NCBI GenBank assembly: GCA_019352195.1
Contig: JACAFG010000007.1
Location: 10,046 to 74,045 of the forward strand
DNA: 64,000 nt
Source: Candidatus Saccharimonadota bacterium
Lineage (GTDB): Bacteria > Patescibacteriota > Saccharimonadia > UBA4664
Direction of reading: 5' to 3'
Below, piece by piece: positions 1-10,325 of the stretch. Positions within the stretch are counted from its first letter, which is position 1; every line of letters begins with the position of its first letter. The translations under genes were made by a program, and so were the position numbers. The notes under the pieces are model-generated. The model did no database searches. It was not told the DNA's origin and worked only from the letters and a program-made list of their open reading frames with translations.

Positions 1-5
1 AAAGC

Positions 6-482
6 ATGGATCTCAGCAGTCTGCTCGCCTTTTTCCAGCTCGATTTCCCCGATCAGATGGAGGAATTGCTCGCAGTCATCCGGAATTCGCATGCGCGTCC
101 CGGCACCAAGCCGTGGATAGATTTAAACGATGCAGTCGAGGCCTGGGAAAGCTCGCCGGCTCCGGTCACCACACCGGCCGACGGTCTGATAACGCGGACA
201 ATCAATATCAAGATTTGGTTCGGCCTCATCAAGGCCCAGCTCTTCGCTGATATCGGTGAACCCGTGTATGCCTACGACGAGCTCAACGACGCCGTGGCGT
301 ACATGGATACGGTCAATGCCTCAAGATCCACTGCCGGGACGTACCAACACCTGATAGGCATGGCTACGCGCCTGGTTCGCCAAGCCGGTGAGCTGGCGCG
401 CGACTCGGGCAGTGTGGCCCAAACCACCTACACCGAACCCACCAAGCGTCATCCCACTAAAACCCCAACTTCGGCAAACTAA
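6..482 (+). CDS. hypothetical protein (intact member of a tandem paralog pair)
   Basis: 158-aa ORF followed by GC-rich hairpin 511-540; aligns without gaps to the broken copy at 698. Confidence 0.75.
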   Translation: MDLSSLLAFFQLDFPDQMEELLAVIRNSHARPGTKPWIDLNDAVEAWESSPAPVTTPADGLITRTINIKIWFGLIKAQLFADIGEPVYAYDELNDAVAYMDTVNASRSTAGTYQHLIGMATRLVRQAGELARDSGSVAQTTYTEPTKRHPTKTPTSAN

Positions 483-510
483 GCTAAGGTCTGCCAAAGT
501 CAAACTCAAA

Positions 511-540
511 CGGCCGCCGGAACGATTGTTTCGGCGGCCG
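511..540 (+). terminator. stem-loop after ORF 6-482
   Basis: CGGCCGCCGGAAC-GATT-GTTTCGGCGGCCG inverted repeat. Confidence 0.55.
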
Positions 541-697
541 AGTTATTTGGAGTCGTCGCTAAATCTTGGTACTAATTCTGGTTCTGACGGAGCAATGACA
601 CGAAAATTTATAATTTCTATATCATGCATATCCAGACCATAAACCGTAAGATTATTACTCGGAACCACATTTCCTCCTAGTAGATTGGGGTTCAACG

Positions 698-1065
698 ATG
701 AACCTGACGTCAGCCATTAACGGCCTCGGACTGAGCGTCCCCGAATTGGTCGAAGGTTACAAGGCAGATGTTATCTCAACCAAAGCCCTGCCCGGTTCGG
801 GTGCCCGGATAACCTTTGCCCAAGCTGTCTGCGGCTAGAAGCACGCGGTCGATCAGTCCAGCCCCGAGCGTTTGCACATTGGCCTGTGGTACCGACTCAC
901 GCAGGCCGCCTACTTCAACAGTTGGGGCACGCCCCGCTGGCTGAGGAGGCCTATGGCTTTATCAAGGCCTACGTGACCGACAACCACCTCGAAAGTGTCT
1001 TGCCGCCCGGTTTTCTCATCCATCTCGCGTCCAGCCGCTCCGAACTCACGCTTGCGGCCCGCTAG
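698..1065 (+). pseudogene. disrupted paralog of ORF 6-482
   Basis: MNLTSAINGLGLSVPELVE..ALPGSGARITFAQAVCG* aligns gap-free to MDLSSLLAFFQLDFPDQME..ARPGTKPWIDLNDAVEAW; TAG 836-838 at the Trp47 position; frameshift near 915. Confidence 0.7.
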
Positions 1066-1453
1066 CTGCCTCATCGACCGCCAGGACCCATGGTCCTGGC
1101 TGTCGAGTCACCTGAACAAGCGGGCGCACCGCCCCGAGGATTCCCAGCCAGAGCGGCCAGAGCCAGATAGCGATGATGCCGGGCGATACGGCAATGTCGA
1201 CGGATAGCTGGATGCACGTGGTGATAGCAACGAATGTGACCGGCAGGAGCTCATACGCATTCCGATGGTTGCTGAGCTGCTCCGAGCTGACGACCGTGAC
1301 CTTCCCTCCGGTGGCGATCATGACTGCATTGTTCTGCAGTTGCGGGTGCTCCATGATGATATGTCCCGGCAGCCACAGCACATACAGTAGTCCCACAGCG
1401 GCCACGAGCTTGACAGCGCGCCGAACGTATCTGTGACGAAAGAACGATGCCAT
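1046..1453 (-). CDS. hypothetical membrane protein (intact member of second paralog pair)
   Basis: GGAG RBS, hydrophobic segments, WLPGH..HPQLQNN motif shared with upstream broken copy. Confidence 0.7.
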   Translation of the reverse strand: MASFFRHRYVRRAVKLVAAVGLLYVLWLPGHIIMEHPQLQNNAVMIATGGKVTVVSSEQLSNHRNAYELLPVTFVAITTCIQLSVDIAVSPGIIAIWLWPLWLGILGAVRPLVQVTRQPGPWVLAVDEAASGPQA

Positions 1454-1467
1454 GATTACTCCACGGG

Positions 1468-1940
1468 TCAGTTGGGCTTGAGAGGAGTGGTGCGACGGCG
1501 CTTGCGGTTAGTTTTGGTTATGATCACAGCGGAGATCACAATGACGGCAACCACGATCCATAAGTCACGGGTGGCGTACAAAAGCCCAGGGCAATTTCAG
1601 CACCAACAGCGGTCCACTGGATTAGATGAGTGAAAGCAATCGCGAGCCACTCGAAAAAGTCCCATCCGGATAAGCTGATGTTGTCAGGCAAGCGCAGCAT
1701 TGGTATCGGCGGGTTGCCATGATAAAGCAGGTCGAGGGCACTTTGGACATTTTGCTTCAACACAATCACTAGCAGGTCGGCGAGACTAGGGTTATTGTTT
1801 TGAAGCACCGGGTGATCGGCTTGAAACCTGGCGCTGTTGAGAATGAGGTGACCGGGCAGCCACTACACACAGGCGAGCGCGCAGTAGCCGACGATCTTGG
1901 TCGTAATCTGGACATACTTGTTGCGAAAGAGCGATACCAT
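1468..1940 (-). pseudogene. disrupted paralog of ORF 1046-1453
   Basis: MVSLFRNKYVQITTKIVGYCALACV*WLPGHLIL..HPVLQNN; TAG at 1865-1863 where the paralog has Leu26; probable frameshift near 1590. Confidence 0.72.
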
Positions 1941-2027
1941 GATGACTCCGGGGCGTATAGGATGATTTGGTTAACTTATTAATACTATATTTAGTAGCAT
2001 AAGTCAATATAATATAGATGAATTTGC

Positions 2028-2056
2028 TTGACCGTCAGCCTCAAAACAGGTATATT
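2028..2056 (+). promoter_or_regulatory. sigma70 promoter of rplJL
   Basis: TTGACC-17 nt-TATATT. Confidence 0.7.
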
Positions 2057-2065
2057 ATCTAGGTT

Positions 2066-2169
2066 CACCGAAGACAGGAGCAGCCGTAACAGGCTTAATT
2101 TGCTCCCGAGGCGCAATTCGTAGATCAGCTAGAACATTCTAGCCAGATATCCGAACTCTGCCTCTGGTG
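2066..2169 (+). promoter_or_regulatory. L10 ribosomal protein leader RNA
   Basis: CCGAAGACAGGAG..GCC-GTAACA-GGCTTAA..CTCCCGAGG pattern directly upstream of rplJ. Confidence 0.75.
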
Positions 2170-2205
2170 TAACGCCAGAGTTTTTTAAAACTAAGGATGT
2201 GACAT

Positions 2206-2739
2206 ATGGCCATCACACGAGATGCCAAGGAAAAGGTAGTAGCCAAGCTATCAACCGACCTCGGCCGTATCAAATTGGCTGTCATGACCGACTACCGCGG
2301 CCTCACTGTTAGTGAGGTGGAAGAGCTCCGTTCCAACTTGCGTGCCGAAGATATTAGCTACCGAGTGACCAAAAACACTCTATTGCGCCTCGCTGTCAGC
2401 GAGAACGAAGTCCTCAAGGGCGTAGATGTTACTGCGTTTAACGGACCAATGGCCTTAGCCATGGGTTTTGACGACGAAGTAGCGCCTGCCCGGGTAATCT
2501 TCCAATACGCCAAAACGCATAACGCGCTTGAGATCGTGGGTGCCATCACCGGCGAAGGACAATTGTTGTCCGCTGCCGACGTGAAGGCGCTTGCTACGCT
2601 CCCAACCCGCGAGCAGCTGCTTGGCCAGGTTGTTGGTACTATCGCCGCTCCGCTTACCGGATTTGTCGGTGTCTTGTCAGCTAACGTTCGTTCCATCATC
2701 AACGTCCTCAATGCTCTTAGCGAAGCTAAGGCTGAGTAA
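2206..2739 (+). CDS. rplJ: 50S ribosomal protein L10
   Basis: DYRGLTV..LR, VTKNTL, LATLPTREQLL motifs. Confidence 0.97.
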   Translation: MAITRDAKEKVVAKLSTDLGRIKLAVMTDYRGLTVSEVEELRSNLRAEDISYRVTKNTLLRLAVSENEVLKGVDVTAFNGPMALAMGFDDEVAPARVIFQYAKTHNALEIVGAITGEGQLLSAADVKALATLPTREQLLGQVVGTIAAPLTGFVGVLSANVRSIINVLNALSEAKAE

Positions 2740-2788
2740 CACTGCATTCGGCGCCACGCCGCAATGTATTAAATAGGAAACCATTCAA

Positions 2789-3211
2789 ATGGCAGACGAA
2801 ACTACGGTAGAAACTACCGAAGAAAAGTTCGAAGTTCCCGCAAAGTTTGAGAAGCTCGTCGGCGAGATCGACAAGCTCAGCGTACTCGAGCTCAGCGAGC
2901 TCGTTAAGACGCTTGAGAAGCACTACGGCGTAAGCGCAGCTGCTCCGGCCGCTGCCGCTGCACCTGCCGCTGGTGGTGAAGCCGCCGCTGTTGAAGAGAA
3001 GACCACCTTTACGGTTGTCCTCGCCTCAGCCGGTGAAGCTAAGATCAACGTCATTAAGGCCGTACGCGAGATCACTGGTCTCGGTTTGGCTGAGTCCAAG
3101 GCTCTCGTTGATGGCGCCCCTAAGCCCGTTAAAGAGAACGTTTCTAAGGCTGACGCCGACGAAGCTAAGGCCAAGCTCGAAGCTGCCGGCGCTACCGTCG
3201 AAATGCAGTAA
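2789..3211 (+). CDS. rplL: 50S ribosomal protein L7/L12
   Basis: Ala-rich hinge, [26 protein letters not shown]. Confidence 0.98.
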   Translation: MADETTVETTEEKFEVPAKFEKLVGEIDKLSVLELSELVKTLEKHYGVSAAAPAAAAAPAAGGEAAAVEEKTTFTVVLASAGEAKINVIKAVREITGLGLAESKALVDGAPKPVKENVSKADADEAKAKLEAAGATVEMQ

Positions 3212-3226
3212 CAGCCAAGCTGTCTT

Positions 3227-3254
3227 AAAAAGAACCCCTCGCGGGGTTCTTTTT
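3227..3254 (+). terminator. intrinsic terminator after rplL
   Basis: AAAAAGAACCCC-TCGC-GGGGTTCTTTTT. Confidence 0.85.
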
Positions 3255-3454
3255 AGTTTGGCTGGCTAAGATATTTGCGGCGCAGCTAAGTTATTGCGGC
3301 CAAACGCGACCTGGCCGCAACCGCTTGGTTCCACATTACATTTAAAGAAACAGTAACGAGGTGCAAAAAAACAGCGCCAGGGTGACAATATTTTTGACAT
3401 ATTAGCCTTTGCCGTGGTATCAATAAGCCAGTTTAGTGGAAAAAACCAAAGGAT

Positions 3455-3979
3455 GTGGTGGTGGCAGAAATCAATGACAAACAGCTTAAAACGCTGAAGA
3501 AACTTATCGAAACGGCGGAAACAAACCTCGCCGGCGCCAAGGAATTACTCGTAAGCCTGCTCGGATCCGACGACACTGTCTCGGTTTCCCATACAGCTCG
3601 CGACGTAGATGCCAATGGCAAAGTCGTCGAAGGCAACTTTGACGGCCAAACGATGACCGGCCCCGATGGCAAAAGCTATCCGGTGCCCGCCAACTATGCG
3701 TCCAAGAGCAAGCTCGTGCAGGGCGACCTCCTCAAACTCATCATTGGCGACGACGGTAGCTTTATCTATAAGCAGATCGGCCCGGTCGAGCGTAAAAAAC
3801 TCATCGGTACGCTTGGGCTCAAAGACGGAGCCTACTTTGTAGAAGCCAAAGGCGTGGAATACCACGTATTATTTGCCAGCGTAACGTACTTCAAAGCCCA
3901 GCCCGGCGACCAAGTTACTATGGTGATCCCCGAAGAGGGTGACGCCGAGTGGGCCGCCATTGAAGCGGTTATCGGGTGA
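3455..3979 (+). CDS. conserved CPR-type hypothetical protein
   Basis: VVEGNFDGQTM-GPDGK-YPVPANYASKSKLV motif; I recall this family lying downstream of rplL in CPR. Confidence 0.75.
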   Translation: MVVAEINDKQLKTLKKLIETAETNLAGAKELLVSLLGSDDTVSVSHTARDVDANGKVVEGNFDGQTMTGPDGKSYPVPANYASKSKLVQGDLLKLIIGDDGSFIYKQIGPVERKKLIGTLGLKDGAYFVEAKGVEYHVLFASVTYFKAQPGDQVTMVIPEEGDAEWAAIEAVIG

Positions 3980-4011
3980 CCGCAGTACCGCGTTCTTGGA
4001 GAGAATAGATC

Positions 4012-4542
4012 ATGCTCACGTTTATCACGGGCAACGTCGGTAAACTCAAAGAGGCGCAAGCCGTAATCCCTGAATTGGTCGGGCTTGATCTCGCGCTCAT
4101 CGAAATCCAGTCTCTCGATTCCAAAGCGGTTATCGCGGCAAAACTTGATGAAGCGGCGGCCAAGCACGAGGGCGAGTTTATCGTTGAAGACACGTCGCTT
4201 AGCTTTGTGGCCGGTAACGGTTTGCCTGGGCCGCTCATTAAGTGGTTCGGTAAATCAATTGGCTTTGAGCATTTACCTCATATCGGCGAAGCCCTGGGTA
4301 GCAATGCTGCCGTCGCCCAGGTCTGGATTGGTTATCGCCATAGCTCCGGCGAAACAACGTTTTACGAAGGTAGGATTGATGGACAAATTGTGCCCCCTCG
4401 CGGCACTAATGGCTTTGGCTGGGACGATGTTTTTCAGCCGGATGGCTACGATCTAGCATTCGCCGAAATGTCGGATGATATCAAAAATAGCTTGAGTATG
4501 CGCCGCCTGGCTTTTGAGCAGCTCAAAGCCAACCTAGCCTAG
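4012..4542 (+). CDS. non-canonical purine NTP pyrophosphatase (Ham1/RdgB/ITPase)
   Basis: [34 protein letters not shown] in place of SHR. Confidence 0.92.
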   Translation: MLTFITGNVGKLKEAQAVIPELVGLDLALIEIQSLDSKAVIAAKLDEAAAKHEGEFIVEDTSLSFVAGNGLPGPLIKWFGKSIGFEHLPHIGEALGSNAAVAQVWIGYRHSSGETTFYEGRIDGQIVPPRGTNGFGWDDVFQPDGYDLAFAEMSDDIKNSLSMRRLAFEQLKANLA

Positions 4543-4605
4543 CTCTTTACCCTATTATCATCACGTCGTATCAGATATAATTACTTGGTAATAGGTGGGT
4601 GAGAG

Positions 4606-6117
4606 TTGGCCGAACAAGCGCTCTATCGTAAGTATCGCAGCGCCGATTTTTCCCAGGTACTTGGGCAGGATCATATTGTCACAACGCTCGTTTCGGCTAT
4701 CGCCAACGATCGATTGAGCCATGCCTATTTGTTTACCGGCCCCCGCGGTACTGGTAAGACTTCTGTCGCACGGCTACTGGCCCGCGCGCTTAACTGCACC
4801 GGTACTGGCATGCGCCCCTGTAACGAATGCGCTAACTGCAAAGCCATTATCAACTCATCTCTGGACGTAGTTGAAATTGATGCCGCCAGCAATCGCTCCA
4901 TCGACTCGATTCGCGATTTGCGTGAGAAAGTGGCTTTAGCGCCGGCTATCGGGCGTCATAAGATTTATATTATCGACGAAGTTCACATGCTCACCTCTGA
5001 AGCTTTTAACGCCCTGCTAAAAACGCTCGAAGAGCCGCCAGCTCACGCTGTTTTCATTTTGGCGACCACCGAAGCGCACAAAGTGCCTGAAACGATAATT
5101 TCACGCACCCAACGCTTTAGCTTTCGCCCCATTCCAACCCCAGAAATCGTCAAACATCTCGTCGATATTGCTGCCGGCGAAAAAGTAGAGGTAGAACCTG
5201 CAGCCCTGGAGCTCATTGCGGTGGGCGCCCGCGGCGGGTTCCGTGACGCCATTTCTGCCTTCGACCAAGTCGCTTCAAGCGGCCAGCGGCCAGTGACCGT
5301 GGAGGTAGTACGGACCCTGCTCGGTTACAGCGACGGTGAACTTATTGGAACCGTCAGCCGCGCCATTGCCACAAGTGACGCCCGCGCGGCCGTGGTCGGT
5401 TTAGCAGATCTCGTAGCTGGCGGGGCTCAGCCGGGGCAGCTGGCCATCCAGCTCATCGAGCAATGGCGCGCTATTATGCTAGCCGCTACGGGGGCCTCTG
5501 AGCCAACGCCGGGCGTAGTAGCTGAACTGGCTGCCATTGTAAGTCCGGCCCGCGCTGCCATGGTTGTAGCCGGTCTTATCGACGCCACGCGTTCGGGCTC
5601 GCCACGTGAGGCGCTGGAAGCGGCGGTCGTGTTATTGTCGTCGGCTTCGGACGCGGCCGCTCCTTTGGCAGCACCTGCACCCGTAGCTGCCGTTGCCAAG
5701 CCAGCTGCCAAAACGGCGCCGGTTAGCCCCTCAGCAGCGCCATCAGCCGCCAACGAACCGCCGTCCCAACCCGACCTCAACGCCGCAACCGATGCCGAGC
5801 GCTGGCCCAAGGTGGTAATGCTCATCAAGCAAAAGCACAACTCGCTGGCGGCCCTGCTTGCTATGTATCCCATTGAAGTCTCGGGTGGCGCTATTGTTAT
5901 TAAATCGCGCTTCAATTTTCATCGCGACTTGTTCATGAAGTCGCAAAATCGCTCCGCCATAGAGGCTATTGTTGAAAAAGTCTACGGCCGAGCTATGCCA
6001 GTAACGGCCGTCACTGAAGAAGGCCCAGTAAAGGCCGCTCCTCGTGCCCAAGTTGACAGCTCGGCCGAACTCATAAGTTCGGCGCTCGAAATTCTCGGCG
6101 GCGAGGTGGTCGAATAA
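4606..6117 (+). CDS. dnaX: DNA polymerase III subunit gamma/tau
   Basis: LYRKYR, GPRGTGKTS, Zn Cys cluster, IIDEVHML, NALLKTLEEPP. Confidence 0.97.
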   Translation: MAEQALYRKYRSADFSQVLGQDHIVTTLVSAIANDRLSHAYLFTGPRGTGKTSVARLLARALNCTGTGMRPCNECANCKAIINSSLDVVEIDAASNRSIDSIRDLREKVALAPAIGRHKIYIIDEVHMLTSEAFNALLKTLEEPPAHAVFILATTEAHKVPETIISRTQRFSFRPIPTPEIVKHLVDIAAGEKVEVEPAALELIAVGARGGFRDAISAFDQVASSGQRPVTVEVVRTLLGYSDGELIGTVSRAIATSDARAAVVGLADLVAGGAQPGQLAIQLIEQWRAIMLAATGASEPTPGVVAELAAIVSPARAAMVVAGLIDATRSGSPREALEAAVVLLSSASDAAAPLAAPAPVAAVAKPAAKTAPVSPSAAPSAANEPPSQPDLNAATDAERWPKVVMLIKQKHNSLAALLAMYPIEVSGGAIVIKSRFNFHRDLFMKSQNRSAIEAIVEKVYGRAMPVTAVTEEGPVKAAPRAQVDSSAELISSALEILGGEVVE

Positions 6118-7517
6118 TGGATCAATCCGGGCGCAACCAGCGTTCCAATAATTCCCGGGCCGGCATTGGTCCCATTGAGTTGGCGCCTGGTGTTTCGGGT
6201 AAAGTGCCGCCTCAAAACGTTGAAGCTGAAGCGAGCTTGCTTGGCTCAATCCTCATCGATAAAGATGCCATCATCAAGATAGCCGACCAAGTAACTGCCG
6301 ACGACTTTTATACCGAGCGCCACGCTCTGATATATTCGGCCATCGTCGATTTATACGAAAAGCGCGAACCGCTCGACCTCCTAACCTTATCCAACAAACT
6401 GCGGGAAGTGGGTGAGCTTGAGCACGTTGGCGGCTCAGTCTATCTAGCCGACCTGACTGGTGGCGTGCCAACAGCTGCGCACGTTGAAGAATACGCCAAG
6501 ATTGTTTCGCACAAAGCTACCTTACGCCGGCTGATTGGCGCCTCATCGGCCATCACCAATCTCGGTTATGACGAGACCACCCCGCTCGAAGATTTGCTTG
6601 ATAAAGCCGAACAGACGGTCTTTGATGTATCGCAAAAAAACCTCAAACAAAACTTTATTCCCATCAACTCCATTTTGGCGGAGTCATTTGAGCGTCTCAA
6701 CGAACTGAACTCCACCAAAGGTAAACTGCGTGGTATCCCAACCGGTTTTCGCGATATGGATAAAATGCTCGCTGGTCTTCAGCCATCCGATCTGTTTATT
6801 CTAGCTGCCCGTCCCTCCATGGGTAAGACGACGCTCGTCATGAACCTGGCCCACCACGTCGCCGCGCGTGAAGGTATTCCCGTCGGCTTCTTTTCACTCG
6901 AAGTGAGTAAGGAGCAGCTGATCGACCAGCTGCTCGCCATCGAGTCTGGCGTCGATTCGTGGAAACTGCGTACGGGCGCTCTTGATGACGATGATTTTCC
7001 CAAGATTGCCGAAGCTATGGCCCAGCTAAGTGAGGCGCCGCTCTTTATCGATGACTCGGCTACCACCAATGTCATGGAAATGCGTACCAAGGCTCGACGG
7101 CTCCAGAGCGAACACGGCCTTGGCCTGGTCATTATCGACTACCTCCAACTAATTTCTGGTGGCGGACGCACCAACGAAGGTCGACAACAAGAGGTCAGCG
7201 AAATTTCGCGTGGACTTAAAGGTTTGGCTCGTGAACTCAACGTACCGGTTATTGCGCTTAGTCAGCTCTCACGTGCCGTTGAATCTCGCGATGATAAACG
7301 CCCGATGCTCTCAGACCTACGAGATTCGGGTTCAATCGAGCAAGACGCCGATGTGGTAGGTTTTATCTACCGTCCTTGGTATTACGATAAAGAAGCCGAC
7401 GAGAACATTACCGAGATTCTCATCCGCAAACACCGTAACGGCCCGATTGGGGATGTTGAACTCTACTTCAACGCCGCTCAGCGCAAGTTTACCGACCTTG
7501 ATCGATTCCACGGCTAG
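6117..7517 (+). CDS. dnaB: replicative DNA helicase
   Basis: PPQNVEAE, AARPSMGKT, IDYLQL, LSQLSR, DLRDSGSIEQDAD; no intein. Confidence 0.98.
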   Translation: MDQSGRNQRSNNSRAGIGPIELAPGVSGKVPPQNVEAEASLLGSILIDKDAIIKIADQVTADDFYTERHALIYSAIVDLYEKREPLDLLTLSNKLREVGELEHVGGSVYLADLTGGVPTAAHVEEYAKIVSHKATLRRLIGASSAITNLGYDETTPLEDLLDKAEQTVFDVSQKNLKQNFIPINSILAESFERLNELNSTKGKLRGIPTGFRDMDKMLAGLQPSDLFILAARPSMGKTTLVMNLAHHVAAREGIPVGFFSLEVSKEQLIDQLLAIESGVDSWKLRTGALDDDDFPKIAEAMAQLSEAPLFIDDSATTNVMEMRTKARRLQSEHGLGLVIIDYLQLISGGGRTNEGRQQEVSEISRGLKGLARELNVPVIALSQLSRAVESRDDKRPMLSDLRDSGSIEQDADVVGFIYRPWYYDKEADENITEILIRKHRNGPIGDVELYFNAAQRKFTDLDRFHG

Positions 7518-7541
7518 CCCGGGTTTGCTTTACGGCTAGCC

Positions 7542-8051
7542 GTGATTCGGTTATGCTTTAAGTCAATGGTGGACGCAAAACATCAGAGTAGCCCGTCAAA
7601 CCAACGCCGCCTGGCGCGTGTCGGTAAATTTGGCGCGGTCGGCATTATTAATACCATTATCGACTTTGGGATTTATAATGTCTTGGCCGGAGTGTTTGGT
7701 TTTCATATCTTGGTGGCTAATGCCATCTCTACCACCGTTGCGATGGTTTTTAGTTTTTTTGCCAACCGCAACGTGGTGTTCGAATCCAAAGATGGATCAA
7801 AATCGCGCCAAGCGCTACTGTTTGTATTGGTAACAGCCTTTGGCTTGTACATCTTGCAGCTGGGTACGCTGCATTTGCTGACAACCGTTTGGCTCGGACC
7901 GGTCAACCTAGCCACCTCGATTGTTCATAGTTTGGGTCTTAGCAGCACGTTTTCGGACACCTTTGTGCGCAATAATGCGGCCAAAGTCGCGGCCACAGTT
8001 ATTAGCTTAATTTGGAACTACATAATGTATAAACGGGTGGTATTTAAGTAA
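7542..8051 (+). CDS. GtrA family flippase-like membrane protein
   Basis: KFGAVGIINTIID, FFANR.VVF, WNY..YKRVVFK; start may be the downstream ATG (MVDAK). Confidence 0.88.
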   Translation: MIRLCFKSMVDAKHQSSPSNQRRLARVGKFGAVGIINTIIDFGIYNVLAGVFGFHILVANAISTTVAMVFSFFANRNVVFESKDGSKSRQALLFVLVTAFGLYILQLGTLHLLTTVWLGPVNLATSIVHSLGLSSTFSDTFVRNNAAKVAATVISLIWNYIMYKRVVFK

Positions 8052-9574
8052 TGGCTATCAAGTTGACCGCACCAAGGCTCATGCGCCGCTGGCCCACTAC
8101 TGTTGGCCTTATCGGCGTAGCCGTGGTCGCAGCATTTTTCCGTCTGTGGCATCTTGATACATTACCGCCAGGATTATCTGGTGGGGAAGCAGCTATTGGC
8201 TTATCGGCCCTCGCCCTCGTCCACCATGGAACGTGGCCCATGCTCACCGCCAGCGATGGCTACGCTCCATTGTGGACGCTGTTGCAAGCAACAGCGGTGG
8301 CAATCTTTGGGCACACGGCGCTTGCTCTACGGATCTGGCCGGCTATTGTGGGTTTTGCTGCGGTCGGGGCAGTGTGGCTACTCGCCAAAGATTGGTTTGG
8401 GACACGCGTGGCGTGGGTGTCGGCCGTTATCATGGCCGTGAACCCCTGGGCCGTTACGCTTAGCCGCAGCGCTGGACCGGCCGTTTTAGCGACATTCCTC
8501 GTACCAATCACGCTTTGGGTGTCAGCCCGTGCAGCCACGCGTAATCAACCAACCTGGTGGTTATTGTCAGCTGCCCTACTCGTCATTAATCTCTTCGCGG
8601 GACCGCTGGGCTGGGTAACCGCCTTGGCCGTTGGGGTTTTGGCTGTGGTCACGCTCATTACCCGCCAACCAACGTTCGGCAGCCCGGTCAGCTGGATTGC
8701 GCTAGCCGTCGCCGGCATTGCGAGCTTGGCGACTCTCGGGACGCTCATTTTTGAGCACCGCCAAGTGAGCGATCTGATTACGGCCGCCCAGGCCTCTAGC
8801 AAACTGGCGACGCTTGTCACCACTTTTGGCAAGGTTGCGGGTATGTTCAACCTGCACGGTGATGACAACTTTTTGCACAACTTTAATGGGGAGCCAATGT
8901 TCAATGCCTTTGTCGGGCTCATGTTTGTAGCCGGCCTGTTAGTAGCCCTTACCAAGCTACCGAAGCGTCGATATTTGGCTACCTTGGTGGCCTTCGTAAT
9001 CTTGATGCTACCAGCCTTAGCGAGCCCACTGGGCTCTCCTAACGCTGCTCACGCGGCCGCGGCTTTGCCAATCGCAGTCATCCTGGCTGGAGTCGGGGTT
9101 GGCTACATGCTCGAATTGTGGCACGCTACATTTCCTATTAATTCCGCCGCCCGCTCGACGGGCTTGGCAGCCATTTTGCTCTTACTGGCGTTAACAGTAT
9201 TTCAGGGCTACATTCAGATCTTCCGCGCGTGGTCTGGTTCAGCCCAAACGTACACCGCCTTCAATGAAGCGGCCGTCGCGGCATCCAAGTATTTAGCCTC
9301 GTCTCACGGCGCAAATAAAATTTTGGTAGCTTCAACCGATGAACAAACCGTCGTAGCATACCTTAGCTATGGTCAAACCTATCAGGCGATGAATGCTGCG
9401 GGAGTAATTGCCCTCCCGGTATCGACGGCCGGTCACCAATTTATTATCACGGCGACAGTGCGAGATGAGACCGCCCGAAACTTGGCCGCCAAGTTTGCTG
9501 GCGGCAAATTAGCGCCGCACTACTCAAGCTTTAGCCAAAACGAACTCTATTACGATTACGAGACCACTCAGTGA
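8051..9574 (+). CDS. GT-C/ArnT-PMT (family 39-like) membrane glycosyltransferase
   Basis: RLWHLDTLPPGL, ALR..PA..G, PW.V.LSR, multi-TM; usual DE motif reads GE. Confidence 0.75.
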   Translation: MAIKLTAPRLMRRWPTTVGLIGVAVVAAFFRLWHLDTLPPGLSGGEAAIGLSALALVHHGTWPMLTASDGYAPLWTLLQATAVAIFGHTALALRIWPAIVGFAAVGAVWLLAKDWFGTRVAWVSAVIMAVNPWAVTLSRSAGPAVLATFLVPITLWVSARAATRNQPTWWLLSAALLVINLFAGPLGWVTALAVGVLAVVTLITRQPTFGSPVSWIALAVAGIASLATLGTLIFEHRQVSDLITAAQASSKLATLVTTFGKVAGMFNLHGDDNFLHNFNGEPMFNAFVGLMFVAGLLVALTKLPKRRYLATLVAFVILMLPALASPLGSPNAAHAAAALPIAVILAGVGVGYMLELWHATFPINSAARSTGLAAILLLLALTVFQGYIQIFRAWSGSAQTYTAFNEAAVAASKYLASSHGANKILVASTDEQTVVAYLSYGQTYQAMNAAGVIALPVSTAGHQFIITATVRDETARNLAAKFAGGKLAPHYSSFSQNELYYDYETTQ

Positions 9575-10314
9575 CACCCGCTCAGTTCGATTTGTCGATC
9601 GTCATTCCGGCCTACATGGAGGCGGCCCTAATTACGGCTTCACTCACTCAGCTCGCCGATTGGCTGCGCACCCATGATTACGGGCAAGTGGAAGTCATTG
9701 TTGTCGTGGCGGATAGCGACGATGGCACAGCCAAGCTGGCCGAAGCCATGGCGCCCCAATTTACCTCGCTCAGGGTCGTTAAGCCCGGTCCGCGCGTTGG
9801 CAAAGGCCGCGACGTCCGCTTTGGTATGCTTGCAGCCACTGGTCGCTATCGCTTATACATGGACGCCGATCTAGCAACACCGTTACGCCATCTTGACGAT
9901 GTGGCTGCTGGCGCCGCCGCAGGGGACGACATTATTATTGCGGTTCGCGATTTGTGGAGTATCCATAAGGGCTTACTGCGTAAGCTAATTTCAAAACTAG
10001 GCAATGTTGTTGCTCAAATCGTAGTCGTGCCTGGCATTCCCGATACGCAATGCGGCTTCAAGGCCTTTCGGGGCGATGTCGCGACCGATGTTTTTCGCCG
10101 TCAAACGATGATGGGTTGGAGCTTTGACGCCGAGCTCCTAGCCATTGCGCGTCGGCACCGGTATAACATCACCACGTTTAAGGCTCCCAACTGGACCGAT
10201 CCGAAAGACGGCAACATGGGCCTGGTCGGTGACTCACCGCTGCACGCTGCCGTTTCAACTTTTTGGGATTTACTCGTTATTCGTGCTGGTTTGTGGACCG
10301 GGAGTTACCGCTAA
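9571..10314 (+). CDS. GT2 polyprenol-phosphate glycosyltransferase (DPG synthase-like)
   Basis: SIVIPAY.E, GKG, MDADLATP, DTQCGFK. Confidence 0.92.
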   Translation: MTPAQFDLSIVIPAYMEAALITASLTQLADWLRTHDYGQVEVIVVVADSDDGTAKLAEAMAPQFTSLRVVKPGPRVGKGRDVRFGMLAATGRYRLYMDADLATPLRHLDDVAAGAAAGDDIIIAVRDLWSIHKGLLRKLISKLGNVVAQIVVVPGIPDTQCGFKAFRGDVATDVFRRQTMMGWSFDAELLAIARRHRYNITTFKAPNWTDPKDGNMGLVGDSPLHAAVSTFWDLLVIRAGLWTGSYR

Positions 10315-10325
10315 CAGCTCTGCCC

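Noticed and set aside
836-1865. Two in-frame TAG codons suggesting stop-codon reassignment
   Set aside because: Both genes also appear frameshifted, and conserved genes end normally in TAG (dnaB, recR, cysS) or TGA (metK).
6117-7517. Intein in DnaB
   Set aside because: Length is 466 aa and the motifs are contiguous; no insertion.
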